From contig MCFH01000088.1 of the NCBI GenBank assembly GCA_002104945.1, positions 1 to 64,000 of the forward strand: 64,000 nucleotides of DNA. The letters run 5' to 3'. Source of the DNA: Piromyces finnis finn (lineage: Eukaryota; Fungi; Neocallimastigomycota). Both the position numbers and the translations under genes were made by a program. Positions 11,516 through 25,182 of the stretch are shown here, piece by piece. Under the pieces are notes generated by a model. That model searched no databases, was not told where the DNA came from, and was given only the letters and a program-made list of their open reading frames with translations. How positions within the stretch are numbered: position 1 is the first letter of the stretch; each line of letters opens with the position of its first letter.

Positions 11516-14500
11516 GGCATCAAATATTTTAAACTTTATTATTAATTTAATTAAAATTATAATACATGTAATAAAAAATTAAAAATAAAAATAAAAATAA
11601 AAAAATATGTTTAAATAAACACAAATGAATAAAAATTGAGTATAATGTATTCTAGTAATTTTAATTAAAGTAAGAAAGCCACTATCATACTAAAGTATAA
11701 TAATTGTATTTGACTTCCAATGGGACACCGAGCCAAAGATCAAAATTTTATCATGGGACAAAATTATGATCTCCATTGGTTGCGCTGGCCCTCCTGGCCT
11801 GTCTTACTGTTTCTTCAGCATTGACGCTCTTGGATGTTGCTTCAAACCTTTTGAACATTGACCATTGCTGGCCAATAGCAAAAGGCATGATTTTGGTTAG
11901 AAGTTCCGCGGTTACCGTCAAGAATGGTGTTCCTTCGTTAGTACCAGATTGAATCTGACGCTTACAAAGTTCTTTCCATTCCCTTGAATTGTAAATGATA
12001 TTGTTAAAACTTCTTCCCCCAAGAAGGAATTTAAATATTTTACTGCACACACTAGAATAATCATACACATTAATATTCACCGGATTATTAGAACTATTAC
12101 TATCATTAACTAAATTACTATCTAAATTAGAATTATTATCTTCACTATTGCTATCATTACTAGTATTATTATTTCTATAACTACTATTGTTATTATTACT
12201 ATTTCTATTACTACTATTGTTATTATTACTATTGTTACTATTACTATTGTTATTACTACTATTGTTACTATTACTATTACTGTTATTGCTATCTCTGCTG
12301 ATATTAACATTTTCATTATTATTGATAGGACTATTGGAATTACGTTGACTGAAAAAATTTAATAGCTGGATTATGGAATCATAATGTTTAATACGGATAT
12401 CTCTAAATGTTGGACAATCTAATAACCAATGTTTAATACTTTGATCTCCACACTTGCAACATGGACAGTAGTTAGGACAAACTGGATCAACAAATTTAGC
12501 AGCTTTGGCAACTCTAGCATCCAACTTGTATCCGCTTCTTGCATTCAATAGCCAGTAGAAGCCATAGGCAAACTCTGGGTATTCATAACATAATTTAATA
12601 AAATCTTTAGTTTCAATAAATTTATTATCATCATAATATTGCGCTTTGATTGAATTCCCTTTGAGATCTTTCCAATAAAAGTTTTTAATTGCTTTAATAT
12701 CTCCATGCTTCTTTAGTTTTTTATCAAGTGTCCTACTTGATTTGCACCACGTGTATTTTCTAAATTTAGGAATGTAATTGACAAGGTGTGAGATAATACA
12801 ATTTGAGTTTTTCCATTTGTTAAAACATCTAACCTGAGCTAACGCACATTTGGCTGACAATGGAGGAATATTCAAATCTTTTGAAATAGAGTATAAAGAT
12901 ATAAACGATACAGCTTTATGAACTCCGGCAACCCATCGTATTCCTTTGTTAACATGCTTCTGAGCAATCCTAGACCTAGCTTTGTTGGATCCAAGTAATG
13001 GTGCAAAGTATGAAACTCTGCTAATCACTTGTGAGTTAAGTACTAGCTTTTTGAAAGGAATAGGAATATTAGGATTTCTTAAGAATTTACTGACTGAAAA
13101 AAGTCCTTTCAAAACTTTGTTATTAAGAGCTTTAATTACTGGTTTAAGGGACAAATTCTTATCAAATGGAACACCAAGATAAGTATAGCAATCAGTAGTT
13201 GGAATGGGTTGTCCTGCTAAGTAAAATGTTGGATCTCTCTTGTTCTGATTTTCTATTGATTCAGGACGAATCACCATCGTTGAACATTTCTGGATACCAA
13301 ATTCCATTTCATTATACAAGGCCCATTCATTAACTCTTCTAAGCATCTTTTTTAAGCATCCTCTTGTTGGAGCACAAATAACTATATCATCTGCAAAAAG
13401 TCCACCACAGCATCGAGTGTCACCTAAACTGACTCCGAGATCTTCGCACTCTCTAAATATATCATTAATAAAGAGATTAAAGAGAATAGGAGAAAGAGGG
13501 CATCCTTGACGGACTCCTTTCTTCACATCAAAAGATTTCGAGAATTGTCCATCTAATTTGACATTAGCCTTAGATGTTAAATATAAATTTTTGATAAATT
13601 GTAAACTCTTACCTCGGATTCCTAAACAATCTAATTTATGGAGAATATTACCGATTGGGACTGAATCGTATGCTTTCCTGAGATCTAAAAAGGCCAAATA
13701 TGTCTCTTTATTATCTAATTGACGTCTACAACATATTTCTTGGATTGAAATGAAAAGAATGATACTTTCTTCCTTTTTTCGAAAACCAAATTGTTCAGGT
13801 CTAATGAAATTATTCTTTAGACCATATTCTGAGATTCTAGTGGTGACAATTTTGGAAATCAACTTAATACCATTATTGATAAGTGATATACCTCGATAGT
13901 TATCACAATCTGTCAAATCTCCCTTCTTAGGAATGGAAACAATACTGGATTCATTCCATGAGTTGGGGAAATCTCCATCCCAAATACGGTTGAATAATTT
14001 AAGAATAAAATTTAAACCATAAGCATCATTATCTGAAGTGGTATTACCGGAAGAATTATTATCTGTAGCATTATTAGAATCATTACTTGATGGAATTAAT
14101 GCTTTGTAAAATTCAATTGGAATACCATCCGGACCTGATGCTTAATAATTTGGAGTAGTGAGGATAGCTGACTTGACTTCATCAATACTAATATCTTGGT
14201 TGATATCCCACTCATCAAGCATAGGAAGTGAAAAACGTTTATTCGTTGGTTCTTCATACCAATGCTCTAAATCAAGACTTACACCACTTGGATCTGATGC
14301 AAGCTTTTCGAAATGATCATGCCACACATCTAGTTGTTCTTCTGTAGCAACAACTAATTCTCCATTTTTATTTTTAATTGGTTGAGCAATAAAGAAAGAA
14401 TCTTTTCCAATTTTTGCAGTTTTCTTGATCCATTTCCAGGCCTTCTTAGGATTATGACTCTTCATATACTCACATCCTGTTTTAATCCAATGAAGATATT

Positions 14501-15548
14501 CTTGTTTCCTAAATTCATTACATCTTTTGTGGATGTAATCAATGAGCTTACGGTAGATTTTAATTCTTTTAATAAATTCATCTAAATCATAAATTCTTTC
14601 TTTTTTAAATCTCTTATACAACTTCATTTTGATTTTTTGAAGATTAAAAATTTGTTGTGAAATATGAAATGAAGACTTTATAACATTATTTGCTGAGGTA
14701 ATACTGAGCTCGTCTGCAATTGAAAAAGCAGTTGAAGTAAACTCTTTGGAAAGTTCATCTGTAGAAACATTAGGATCGTTGAATTTTGCTGAAAGTATTT
14801 GGAATTTATTATGACTGAGAATAGATTCCTTTTCCTCAATACATTTTAATCTATTCCATTTCAGAATTTTCTTAGGAACATTAAAGTCATTAGAAAAATC
14901 TTCCATAGGAATAATTTTACCATTAATAAGAAGTGGCTTATGGTCTGATACTGGATAAAAATTATTTATAAATGATCCTGAGTGAATAAGATCTTTCATC
15001 TTCGAATTGATAAGAGCATGGTCAATGTCGGAAGATTGATCACCTCGAGTCCAAGAGATAGTAGACCCTCTAAGCGGAAGAATTTCCCAATCTCCTAATC
15101 CATTAGTTGATAACCAGTTGGATAATTTTACTTTAGACATATTAAAATCACCAACAAGAATCGATGGATGGGATGAATGAGTTTGTAACCACAAGCGAAC
15201 TTCTAGCTTTGCATGATCAACATAGATGTTGTGATGACTATGAGGCATATAAACATTTCCAATCGAGCATTTGAATCTATTCCAGAGACTAAAAGTATAA
15301 ATAGAAATAATATACTTTCCAGAGAAGTTTTCAAGTGAGGCTTGACACGAATTGTGAAAACCTAAATATAAACCTCTCATTCCCGGAACTGATTCATCAG
15401 CTTTCTTGAAAAAGTGTCTATAGTTTCGCAAAGTAACACGACAAGGATAATCTGTATTCGATCCAGAACCATTACCAGTTTCTTGGAAACATAAAAATAA
15501 TGGTTTGAAAATAGCTGTAAAATAGCTAATACTATCTCTCTTTTCGTG
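11484..15548 (-). mobile_element. Non-LTR retrotransposon (LINE), young family, copy 2: APE endonuclease + RT + CCHC, about 4.07 kb, with TSD
   Basis: T-run at 11484-11512 (poly-A on the element strand), same 3' UTR as copy 1, RT ORF, APE motifs (LCFQET, GNVYMPH, LVGDFNM, SDIDHAL, VSDHKP). Flanked by a 14-bp direct repeat. Confidence 0.97.
11751..15548 (-). pseudogene. Single EN-RT ORF2 of 1266 codons, broken by one in-frame TAA at 14142-14144 and truncated at the extreme 5' end
   Basis: Track ORFs 14142-15431 and 11751-13916 share one frame. The junction reads TPNY*ASGPDGIPIEFYKAL. The frame stays open upstream to 15548 (HEKRDSISYF...CFQET). Confidence 0.9.
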
Positions 15549-16219
15549 TCATTGATATTGATACTTTTACAACATTTATATTTTTAACAAAACTTTGAAT
15601 CGAACATATCTACTCTTATTTTAAATTTTCTTTAAAAAATAATAGTTAAAATTTACTCTAAATTTTTTTTAACACCTTTTTTTTATCATATTTTTTAAAA
15701 TTTTTCTTTTTTTTTTATTTTATTTTTATTATGTGTTATTATTTTATAATATTATAGTTCTTATGTTTTTATAGATTTGTTTGCTTTATTATTTATTTTT
15801 GTAAATAAATAATATTAAAATTGATCTTTTAATTATTAAAGATAATATAAAAATTAAAAAAAAGGTAAAATTAAATAAAATTAAAATTATATTTTATTCA
15901 TGATATATATTAAATGATGATTTTATGTTTAAAAAAAAAAAAAAGATATATATATATTTGGTTTTTTCTTTAAATATTATATGCTCAAATTATTCGCCTC
16001 TTGATAAATATCGTTAATTTTCTTTTCTCTTATAATTTTTTGTTATTTACAAAAATTTTTTTTGTTTTTTATGTATAAATAGATAATTCATAAATTAATT
16101 TGATATAGTGTTGTTGTTCTATAATATGAGATAAATTTTTAGACTTTTAAAAAAGTCCAAATGTTTTTTCTCTTTTTTATATTGAATAAAAAAAAGAAAT
16201 TTATATTCTATATATTTGT

Positions 16220-17796
16220 TTAGTTAGAGCGCTTAAGATCCTTCCAGGCATTAATTAAAATATCAACCTTTTCCGGTGATCTAACAGCAATACGAACCTT
16301 GGTGTATTCCTTGTATCCATTCTTACCTGGACGAACTGGAACACCAGCTTGACGAGCCTTTTCAGCTGCATCTTCAGCAGTAACTTCATCCTTGAAATCA
16401 ATCCAAATCCAACTTAAGAAATCTTCACCACTTAATTCCCAGTTTCCGGATTCACCAGTAAGAGACTTTTCTAATACTCTTAACTTTTCAATTTCAGAAG
16501 CTCTCCATTTTGGAGTTAATTCCCAAGTTTTGTTAAGGAATTCTTCTTCTTGTTCGGAGCAAACAACTTCTAAGAAACGAAGAGCAGAAATGTTAACACT
16601 CCATGGAACTTGTAATTTCTTTAATTCACTAGCTAATTCAGCAGTTGGACAAAGGACAGAACCAAGTCTAATACCGGTACATGACCAGATTTTAGTCCAA
16701 GAGTGCATAATGTAAACAGAAATATTTCTAGTTTTGTATAAGTTTTCAATCCATTCAGATTGGGAAATTAAAGAATCAAGTTGGAACTTATTTGAGTGCC
16801 AGATTTGCATTGATTCATCGACCATGAAGACACTGTTGTCAACAGCAGTTTCTTCAATATATTTCTTTAATTCTTCAATGTGCATGTATGTACCAGTTGG
16901 ATTGTTTGGGTTAACCAAACAGGTAAGAGAAGCTGGTCTTGGGTCATTGTATGGAATAACTTCACGCTTATCAGCAATAGCTGAACGTTCATATTCCTTG
17001 TATTGAACACGATTTGGTCCTGATTTCCAGTAACCCTTTGGGGAAATTCTAGTAACAAGATCAATTAATTCAGAAGCACCATTACCAAGTAACATTCTAC
17101 TGTGTACATTTTCCCAATCTAAACCTAATTTAGCTGGGGCCATCCACTTGGCAAGATCACTCTTAGCTGGTTCTTGATCACCTGGTGGGTAATGTCCACA
17201 GAAATTTAACTATTATATATATGTTGACAAAATATTAATTTCTTATTATTTTTATACCATTTCTAAAAAAAATTACATAAACTACTATTCATAATAACTT
17301 TAAATTTCTATCTTTTTATCTTTCCTATATTTTTTTTCATTTATTATAATTTTAATTATTATTCTTTTTACTATTACTCTCTTTGTTTTTTATTTTTTTA
17401 CAATTTTTTAACCTATTTTTGGGGTATTTTATTTACCTAACCTTTATTTATTTTTCAACTATTATTTACTATTCCATCACTTTATTTACATTTAATATAT
17501 TTTTTTAAATAAACTTTTAACATTTTTATTTATAAATTAATATAATCCCTCTTTTTAAGAAAATTTTTCAATTTTTTTAAACTTACAGCATCCTTAGCAG
17601 CTTGTAAAGCGAATTGTGGAGTACCTAAACCATTAGTAGTAACAGAAAAATCTTCCACAAAGTTATCTAAAAACTTCCATTCTTGACCACCATGGTATTG
17701 TTGAGTTTTGGCATCCCAAACTTTTTCAGCAAGGGCTCCAATAATCTTTTGTTCCTTTTTAATTTCGTTTTGAGTAGTATCAGAAGAGGAAAGCAT
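16220..17796 (-). CDS. Fold-type I PLP-dependent enzyme (class I/II aminotransferase family), CobD/HisC-like, about 399 aa
   Basis: Exon 1 17796-17587, phase-0 intron 17586-17210 (GTAAGT...AG), exon 2 17209-16220. Motifs YHGG, EDFSVTTN, LGNGASE, NPNNPTG, VDES, SWTK (PLP lysine), GIRLG, QVPWSVN, VRIAVRS. Confidence 0.9.
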
Positions 17797-20531
17797 ATTT
17801 ATTATTATTGTATTAATTTACTTAAGTTATTATTTTTTTTGTATATATATATATTTTTAAATGTTTTTTTTAATTTTTCAATTTATATATTTATAAATAT
17901 ATAAAAGTAGCTGTTATTTTTAAAAAAAATAATCTATAAAAAAATATTTAAATTATATTCCTTTTATAAGGATTTTTGTAAATAAAAAAAAATTTTTTTT
18001 TTTAAAATAAAGAAAATATTTTTTGATTTTATATGTTTTTTTTTATTCTTTTTTTTCGTATATTAAATTTAGTAATTTTTTTATATTAATATTTAATCAA
18101 AAATATATAAATTTCTTTTTTGCTCAATCTATAGTTTTTATAATTAATTAATAATAAATTAAAATCAATAGGTTTCAAAATTAAATGAATAAATAAATTA
18201 TAGATAAATAAATTTTTATGTACACCATCAAGAAAATTATGCTACACAAACATAAAAAAAAATTATCTTAACAGAATAAAAAAGCTTATTATTAATAGTT
18301 TGGGGAGGAATTTATTTAAATTAGTATATGTTTATTCATTTATTTTTTAATTTCCAAAGTATGTTCAAATTTTAGTCAATAATGATGAGATCATTTATTT
18401 AGTTACATTTATCATTTATTTATTTATTTTATTTCACACAAACCTCCTATTTTTTATTTATTTTACTAGTTATTTATTTAGTCATTCATTTAATTTTATT
18501 TATGCTTATGATAATTAAATATAATCGCCATAAATTACAATATATTCTGATATATAAGTTAATAAATTTCATAAGGAAGAGTTATTATCATATTATATGA
18601 TATTCCATCATATATTAATATTATTATTTAAATTGAAATTGAATAAATTGTGTAAAATAAATATATTATTTTATTATTGATGATATATGTATGAATAGAT
18701 GAGATGAATTGGCAATAAAGCCTACATTAATATATCAATAATAAATGTTAAGAATAATGAAATTAAATAGGATTCATATATTATATATTTTTTAGATAAT
18801 ATATATTGAATTAAATTGTAATACATTTGATACATTTTTATATATAAATAAATTAATTCCATAACGTTGATCAAAATAATGTAATAATAAATAGAATTAA
18901 AAAACAAAACAAAAAAACACCATTTTTAATATATTTCAATATATAAAATAGTTAATTAATAACATTTTCTCAAAAATATTAAATTCAATATTCCATATAT
19001 TATGAATTATATTGTAATAAATGAAGTAAAGGATAGGATATATTGTTAAGTGGTATTTTTTTCGTTTAAGCTCAATAAAACCTATTTCTTTTTTATTAAA
19101 AATTTAGTATAAAAAATAATATATTAAATTAAATATTTTATTATATACTATTTTAAATAGAATAATATATTAGATTTAATTAAATCATCTATTTTTATGA
19201 AAAGGAATAATAGAATATCATCTATAAATAGTAAAAAAAAGTTAATAATATAATAACAATATATTATAATATATTAAACAGAATAAAAAATTAAAAAAAC
19301 ATATGAAAATTTTCTTATTGAAATTTTAAATCAATTATAATTTTGAATAATCCATAATATATAAAATATATAGAATTTATATATTATATAAAATATATTA
19401 GATTATATATAGTCAGTAGGATAGATTATAATTTTAAAGAATAAGAAAATCTTCCTAATTTAGAAGGATGATAATAATAATTAGGAAGAATAAAAGAAAG
19501 GCGTTCGTGGTAGTGTTATTGCTATAATTTTATAGATATTGTTGGTAGGTGTGTAGGAAAGGTCCATCTTTCTATATAGATTGATGGTGACAACTAAAGA
19601 AAATAGATATAAAAATAGAATAGTATTACAAATGGAAATGTGTATAAATAATATTCATCCCTTGTTTTTTTTTTATCCATAACTTTAAAGAATAGAAATT
19701 TAGCCAATAATTTTATTAGTCTTTCTTATCTTTGATTCCATAGGAAAATCTAGGTCTTTTATTTTAAAATAGGTTCATCTTACTAAAATAAAAAATAGGC
19801 AAATAAGATGCAAATAAAAAAGTAAATGAATAAATAAATAAATGCGAGAAAAATATAAAAAATTTTATTATTATGTAGTGGTGATGATCATGGTTGTCAT
19901 AAGTATTTCATGTAGGGATAGTAAATATATAAAATATATAAATAGCTAATAGTGAAGGTAATGGTTTGGTCTATTTTCATGCCAATTTTTAAAGATAATT
20001 TTAATGCTATTAAAAAAACTACACAACAACAACCATTCTTCCATTTAATTAATTAATTCTTTATTTAAAATATTAAAAGTTAAAAAGTTAAGGATAATAA
20101 TAATATTTATTTAATTTTATAGGCAAAAAAAATTAATTGAATTTAAAAAAAATAAAATAGTAAAGGTCATAAGACCATTTTTATTTAAAGTAAAAACTTT
20201 AGTACTTTTGAGTTTTTTCAAATAAAGAGGGATGAGTCATTATACTGATGGCTTTTATTTTTTTAATAAATAATAATAAATAAATATAAACATAATTAAT
20301 AGTAAAAAACAATAATAATATGTTTTAAATATTTATATATTTTTATTTGTGGTTTAATTGAGAATAAGAGGTATTATCATTCTTATATCCTAACCTACTA
20401 TTATATAATAAATTTATATACTAGTTGTGATGAAGAATGAAGGTATCTTTTTAAAAATACATTTTAATACATAGATGTAATGTAAACGTTGTTACATGAA
20501 AATTAAAAGTAAATTCATGAAAGTTAAATCT

Positions 20532-22450
20532 GGGCAGTGACTAGTTTTAAAAAAAAGTTTTCTTTTTTACCAAGTAAAAATAAAAGGCAGTGAATTATTA
20601 AAGTTATTAAAATTATAAAAAAAATATAAAAAGATGGCTTTTTGTATTATTTTTTTTAGATTTTTTGTTAAATTTAATCGTTTAAAGTAACAACAACAAT
20701 TAAAAAAAATGGTTTAAATAACAGATATAATAAAAATAAAATGTTTTGGCTGAGTTTTTTCATTTTTTATTTATTTATTTATCTTTTGTTCATTTAAATT
20801 TTTAATTAACAAAAATATAAAAAATTGAACCTTTTTTTTTTTTTCATAACCTAAAAATATATTTGATGGATAACCACTTTTTTTTTCATACGATAATCAT
20901 TATGAATGCTAAAATAAAAATAAAAAAAAAAACATATTTTGTTACTGATAATAAATATAAAGATGGTATCGTCATAGTGGTGGTGATTTTTTTTTTTTTA
21001 GATACCTTCATCCAATACTAAATAATTAAAAAAGTTTTTACTTTTCAAATTTCCCAAAAAAAAAAAAAAGGCAGTTAAAGATTTAATGATTTAAATTATT
21101 GGATTTACTCATATATCAATACTATATTATAAAATTATTGATGATTGTCTATTTATATATTAATATATATTGTATTAAATGGAAGATAATATTGATCATA
21201 AAATACAGAATTAAAATTTGTTACACCAATATATTAATCTAAAATTAAATAAATAAAAAATGAATTAAAAAATAATAAATTTTAATTATCATAATATAAT
21301 AGTCTAGAATAGAATGACTGTCAATAGATATAATAATAAAATTTTAATTTAAAAAAAATGATAAAATTTCATATGATAATAAAAATGAATTTTTTTAAAA
21401 AAAAGACTATTTGTATATGTATACATAATGTATACATTACTATTAAAGGTGGATCATGGATAATTTCAAAGAAGATAAAAAGGCAGTGAATAAAACTTTT
21501 AAATTCTTTTGGTTTAAAAAAAAAAAAGGAACTTTAAAGACTATTTCAATTAATATTTTAATAAAAAATTAATATTAGATTATAATAAATAATAATTAAA
21601 CGTTTAAGATTTTATATTTTTTATATCAAATATTAGATTATCCTTTTAATAAAAAAGAAAGAATGTAGGTATGAAAAGATATACTATAGTTTATTAAGCT
21701 TTACTATTTTGGTATTATAAGGATAAAGAAATACCTTTTAAAGAAAAAATATAAATTATTAAAAATCATTTATTAATAAGCATTCTCGTATCATTATAAC
21801 TATGATAAATGATCAGTGTCGATAGATAGAGACATATAAAGAGATATGGGTATATTATAATAGTTATAAATTGTTATATTAATATTGTTTATAGTATTAT
21901 GAAGTAATTATTCTATTCTAAATAATAACTTTTCTTAAAAAAAAAAAAGATAATTATTATCGAAAAGAAGTCCTCTTTCTTTTAATTCTTAAATACTCTT
22001 TTTTTTTTTTTTTTCTCATATAATGAAAAAGTTTCTTTTAAGAAAAAATATATAATTAATTTATCATGTGAAAATTCAATAATTATAAATCACTTTTTTT
22101 TAATTAATCCACACTCAAACAACGACAAGAATTAAAAAAAAAAAAGTTTTGAGTTTTTTTAATTATAATCTATAAAAATATATTAATAATATAATCAATT
22201 CAATATATTTTATATATAATTCAATAGTTTTTATACTTTAGTTAATATTTATATATGTTCTGTTTTTTATTATTATTTGAATATAAAGCTTTGATTATAA
22301 AAAGAAAAAGAATGGTACTATGATAATGGTTAAAGAGAGACTTTCAACTATTTATATAGCATTTTATTATATTATAATATTCTTTTTGTTAATAATACTA
22401 TATAAAGGTATTATTCCAGTTATTTCATCCTTTGAACTTCTTAACTGCCC
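20532..22450. promoter_or_regulatory. Cluster of five RGGCAGT(G/T)A motifs, candidate transcription-factor sites
   Basis: Copies at 20532, 20585, 21069, 21481 (+) and 22442 (-) in very AT-rich non-coding DNA. Function is inferred only. Confidence 0.35.
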
Positions 22451-22974
22451 TTATCCATACTATTTATGTCAATAGGACAATCTATGGAATAAATATAAAT
22501 AAACAATTTTAATGATTATTCTTTAATATATAAAGTATAAATAATAATCATGTATATAATAATTAATAAACCCTTGTTTATTTATGTTTTTTTTCATTAT
22601 TATTATTAATTAATATATTAATATCCATTATTAGCAGCATCTCTTTATTTATATATATAACACTACCCATAGTTATGCAGTTGATCATGATTCTATTTTT
22701 ATTTTTGTTATTGCCTACAAAAAAGTATGGTTTAATGGCAAAAGAAAAAAAAAAATCAAATAAGTATGGCTTAATTAATGACTTTATTAGTAGTCTATAT
22801 TTTATTAATTATAATATGTAGTCTTTTAATAATTATATGATATAACCTTTTATATTATATGTACTACAATTTAATTAGTGTAATTAATACATTCATATGA
22901 AATAATAAGAATTAATAATAATGAAATATTAAAAATATAAGTAAATAATAATAAATAATAATAGAAGTTTAAAA

Positions 22975-23055
22975 ATATATATATAAAGACAATTATAATA
23001 AAAATTAATTAAATATATATATATAAAAACAATTATAATAAAAATTAATTAAATA
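22975..23055. repeat. 40-bp tandem duplication
   Basis: ATATAAA(G/A)ACAATTATAATAAAAATTAATTAAATA occurs at 22981 and 23021. Confidence 0.75.
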
Positions 23056-25135
23056 ATTTGATATTGAATATGTAATAAAAATGTGATAATGTATACAAAT
23101 GTATGAAATTGGTATAGAATTATTATGAAAATTTGAATTAACCCTATTTAGGTTTGTTTGTGATTTTAAAATTGTAGATGAAAATGCTTGATTTAATAAT
23201 GTAGAACTTTTATGTAAAAATATAATAATAATAATTATAATTAACTCTCTTAAGAAAAGGCTTTAAATTAGAATTTGAAACTTTATTACAATAAAAAGTT
23301 AAATTATTTGTTGGTATTAAAAAAAAATTTAGCCTGATTTCAAGTAATTAGAATAATTCTTTTAACCAATGTGAAAATAATAGTATTAAAGATGATGGAG
23401 AAAAAATATATAATATACAAAAAAAAAAAACATTCTAAATTTTGAATTTTCTATTTTACTAAAAAAAGGATTATTAAACAATGGAGTAAATAAAATAATT
23501 AATTAGTTTTCTAATGTTTGTCTACATAATAAAAATAATTTTGCATCCCTAATAAATTAATAAATTACTTTTATATTTATTAGTTACGTATCTTTCTTTT
23601 ATTGAATGAATATTATAAAAATACTACAAATATTTGTATCATAAAATTATAAAATTTTACTCAATAATAAATATATTTTATAATTCTTTATTTTCTTCAT
23701 TGTAATTTTTTTTAAAAGTTTTAAGAAATGAATATATGAAAAATATAATAAATTTAATTTAAACAGAATTTGTTATTAATCTATTTAAAGAGTCTCATGC
23801 AGATTTCTGACAATAATTCTTCTCTGTTATTGTGATGATATGATATGCAAATAAAATAAATGATATATCCATGAAAAAAACAAATAATTAAATTTGGATA
23901 CAACTGCTCCATTAGTTTCACAACCATGAATTATATTTTATTACATTCTGGTACAAAGGGTTCTCTACTTTTTATGGTCATCGGGAGTGGATTCGGACTT
24001 TTTACCTTAAAACTACATTTTAAATAATTAAATGTTTGAGAAGCACAACAGGCAGGCAATAACATCATCATCTCCAAATCAATTCTTCATAAAGTATTCC
24101 TTTTCATATTAATTGGAGGAGTTGTTTTATTAAAATTTCTATGAAAGTTTAGCATTCCATATAACCATAATATTTAATTCATCAAGAGTTCTAGCTATTT
24201 TTACAATACAATAAGAGGTTCTAGTGACCAAAGACCGTTTACATGTACTTCTCATCCTCTTACTACCTACAACCAAACAATCATGTAATAATCTAACCCT
24301 TTATAGTTAATAAATTCTTATTATAGTTAGTCATATTCGTTTAACATAATAAAGGCTAGCCAAGGCTTGAAATAATAAAATTTTAGTAGTAAAAAAAAAA
24401 AATAGAATTATTTAATTCTAATCATAAATCATTTATATTAATAATAATTGTAATCATTAGTATTTTTCCTTTTAATATATATAATGATATAAAGTTGTAC
24501 TATTCTTTTATTTGAAATTTCTTACATATAAATATATATATTTTTTGAATATTATTATACTTATTTTTTTTTATTCGTTTCATCCATTAATTACAAAAAG
24601 AAATATGAATCTTGAAGTATAAAATAAATTATTAAAATATTAGAATCAATATATTCATTCCTTTCTTTTTTTTTCTTATCTATATATTTTATATAATGCA
24701 AAGATATATTTACGATAGATTAATTAAGAATAAATAATAATACTTTAAAATAAAAAGTAATATTAATATATTATACACATATTAAAAATTAATTATAACT
24801 TTGGTATAAATGAAATAGTATGAAAAGGTGAATAGATGAATAAGACAATTCTGATAAGATGATATACTTATAGAATCCATATATATTTTTTTTTTAATAA
24901 TTTATAAATTATAAATTATACATATATATTCTTAATACAATACCTGAAATCAAAAAAACATTCTATAATTACTTATATCTTTTATTCATTATAATAAAAT
25001 ATATACTAAAAGTTATTATACTCTACTTTACATACCCTTTTCTATTTTCTAATTGCTTAATTAATATGTATATAAATTTTTTTAATAATTTCATATATCA
25101 ATATATAAATAGATAAAAAAATACATTTTTTATTG

Positions 25136-25136
<1 letters not shown>

Positions 25137-25182
<46 letters not shown>

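Noticed and set aside
20232-20240. ATGAGTCAT, a Gcn4/AP-1 consensus upstream of the PLP enzyme
   Set aside because: Single copy, 2.4 kb from the ATG, and close to chance expectation at this base composition.
24293-24300. CTAACCCT resembling a telomerase RNA template
   Set aside because: An 8-mer of this composition has a reasonable chance of occurring in 64 kb. It lies at the 3' edge of the GC island and I see no downstream pseudoknot or CR4/5-like structure.
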